Positions 63,651 through 64,000 of a stretch of DNA of 64,000 nucleotides are shown piece after piece. This DNA comes from Owenia fusiformis (Eukaryota): assembly GCA_903813345.2 (NCBI GenBank), contig CAIIXF020000001.1:29512001-29576000 (forward strand). The letters run 5' to 3'. The position numbers and the translations under genes were made by a program. Below the pieces are notes generated by a model. The model did no database searches. It was not told the DNA's origin and worked only from the letters and a program-made list of their open reading frames with translations. The stretch's first letter is position 1. Every line of letters begins with the position of its first letter.

Positions 63651-64000
63651 ATGAGTGAAGAAAAGAAATTCTCTAATAAGGGGTTGACCTTTCAACTCTA
63701 TCTGAGAGGAAATGAAGTAAGAAAAAATGAAGTTCTTAGAAAAATGAGATTCCTCAAGGAAAAATCGCTTTCTAAAAAGTTGTCAAATAACACTGACGTA
63801 ATTGAAGAGGCCCTTGATTTTTGGATTAAAAATCATTCAAGAGAAACTGAAATGGCACAATCAGCATCGCAATTGGTCATCAATCAGGACTTTGTACCAC
63901 TTCAACCATTTTCCTCTGTTTCTAAGGATGACACAAACGAATTGATGTTTTTAACAACAACAAGTGCCATAAACCTTCTTGTAGCACAATCGAGTCATCA
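63651..64000 (+). CDS. 5' part of an ORF truncated by the window end; possible transposase N-terminus
   Basis: ATG at 63651, open for 116 codons to the window end: MSEEKKFSNKGLTFQLYLRGNEVRKNEVL...NTDVIEEALDFWIKNH...ELMFLTTTSAINLLVAQSSH. It is absent from the ORF track because no stop is reached. Confidence 0.6.
   Translation, partial: MSEEKKFSNKGLTFQLYLRGNEVRKNEVLRKMRFLKEKSLSKKLSNNTDVIEEALDFWIKNHSRETEMAQSASQLVINQDFVPLQPFSSVSKDDTNELMFLTTTSAINLLVAQSSH

Overview
This is AT-rich, intron-containing animal genomic DNA. It is probably from a marine invertebrate, possibly a lophotrochozoan, which is an inference from gene and repeat content. The left ~37 kb is gene-dense: (1) a 14-exon aspartyl aminopeptidase DNPEP (+, 2716-10506); (2) a small spliced orphan gene (+, ~12135/13081-14077) encoding a stand-alone Hedgehog/DD-peptidase (peptidase M15, LAS-type Zn site) protein, whose H-x6-D...H-x-H motif only becomes evident after joining exons; (3) a 17-coding-exon ZCWPW1-like zf-CW+PWWP gene (-, 25589-16285) with a long tandem-repeat SQ-rich tail; (4) MEPCE, the 7SK capping methyltransferase (+, 29500-34061), head-to-head with ZCWPW1 as in human, with an unusual GW/TP-repeat tail; (5) an intronless LicD/fukutin-family gene (-, 36609-35629). 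The right ~27 kb is mostly nested DNA-transposon material: Helentron-type HINEs, CAC...GTG 5-bp-TSD foldback elements, a CCC...GGG 2-bp-TSD element, Tc1/mariner fragments and MITEs. It ends with a divergent ORF pair, a P2X7-ballast/KolX-like protein plus an ORF running off the window, suggestive of a Kolobok-type transposon. All exon models were derived by eye from GT/AG signals, frame continuity and remembered family motifs; no database searches were run.
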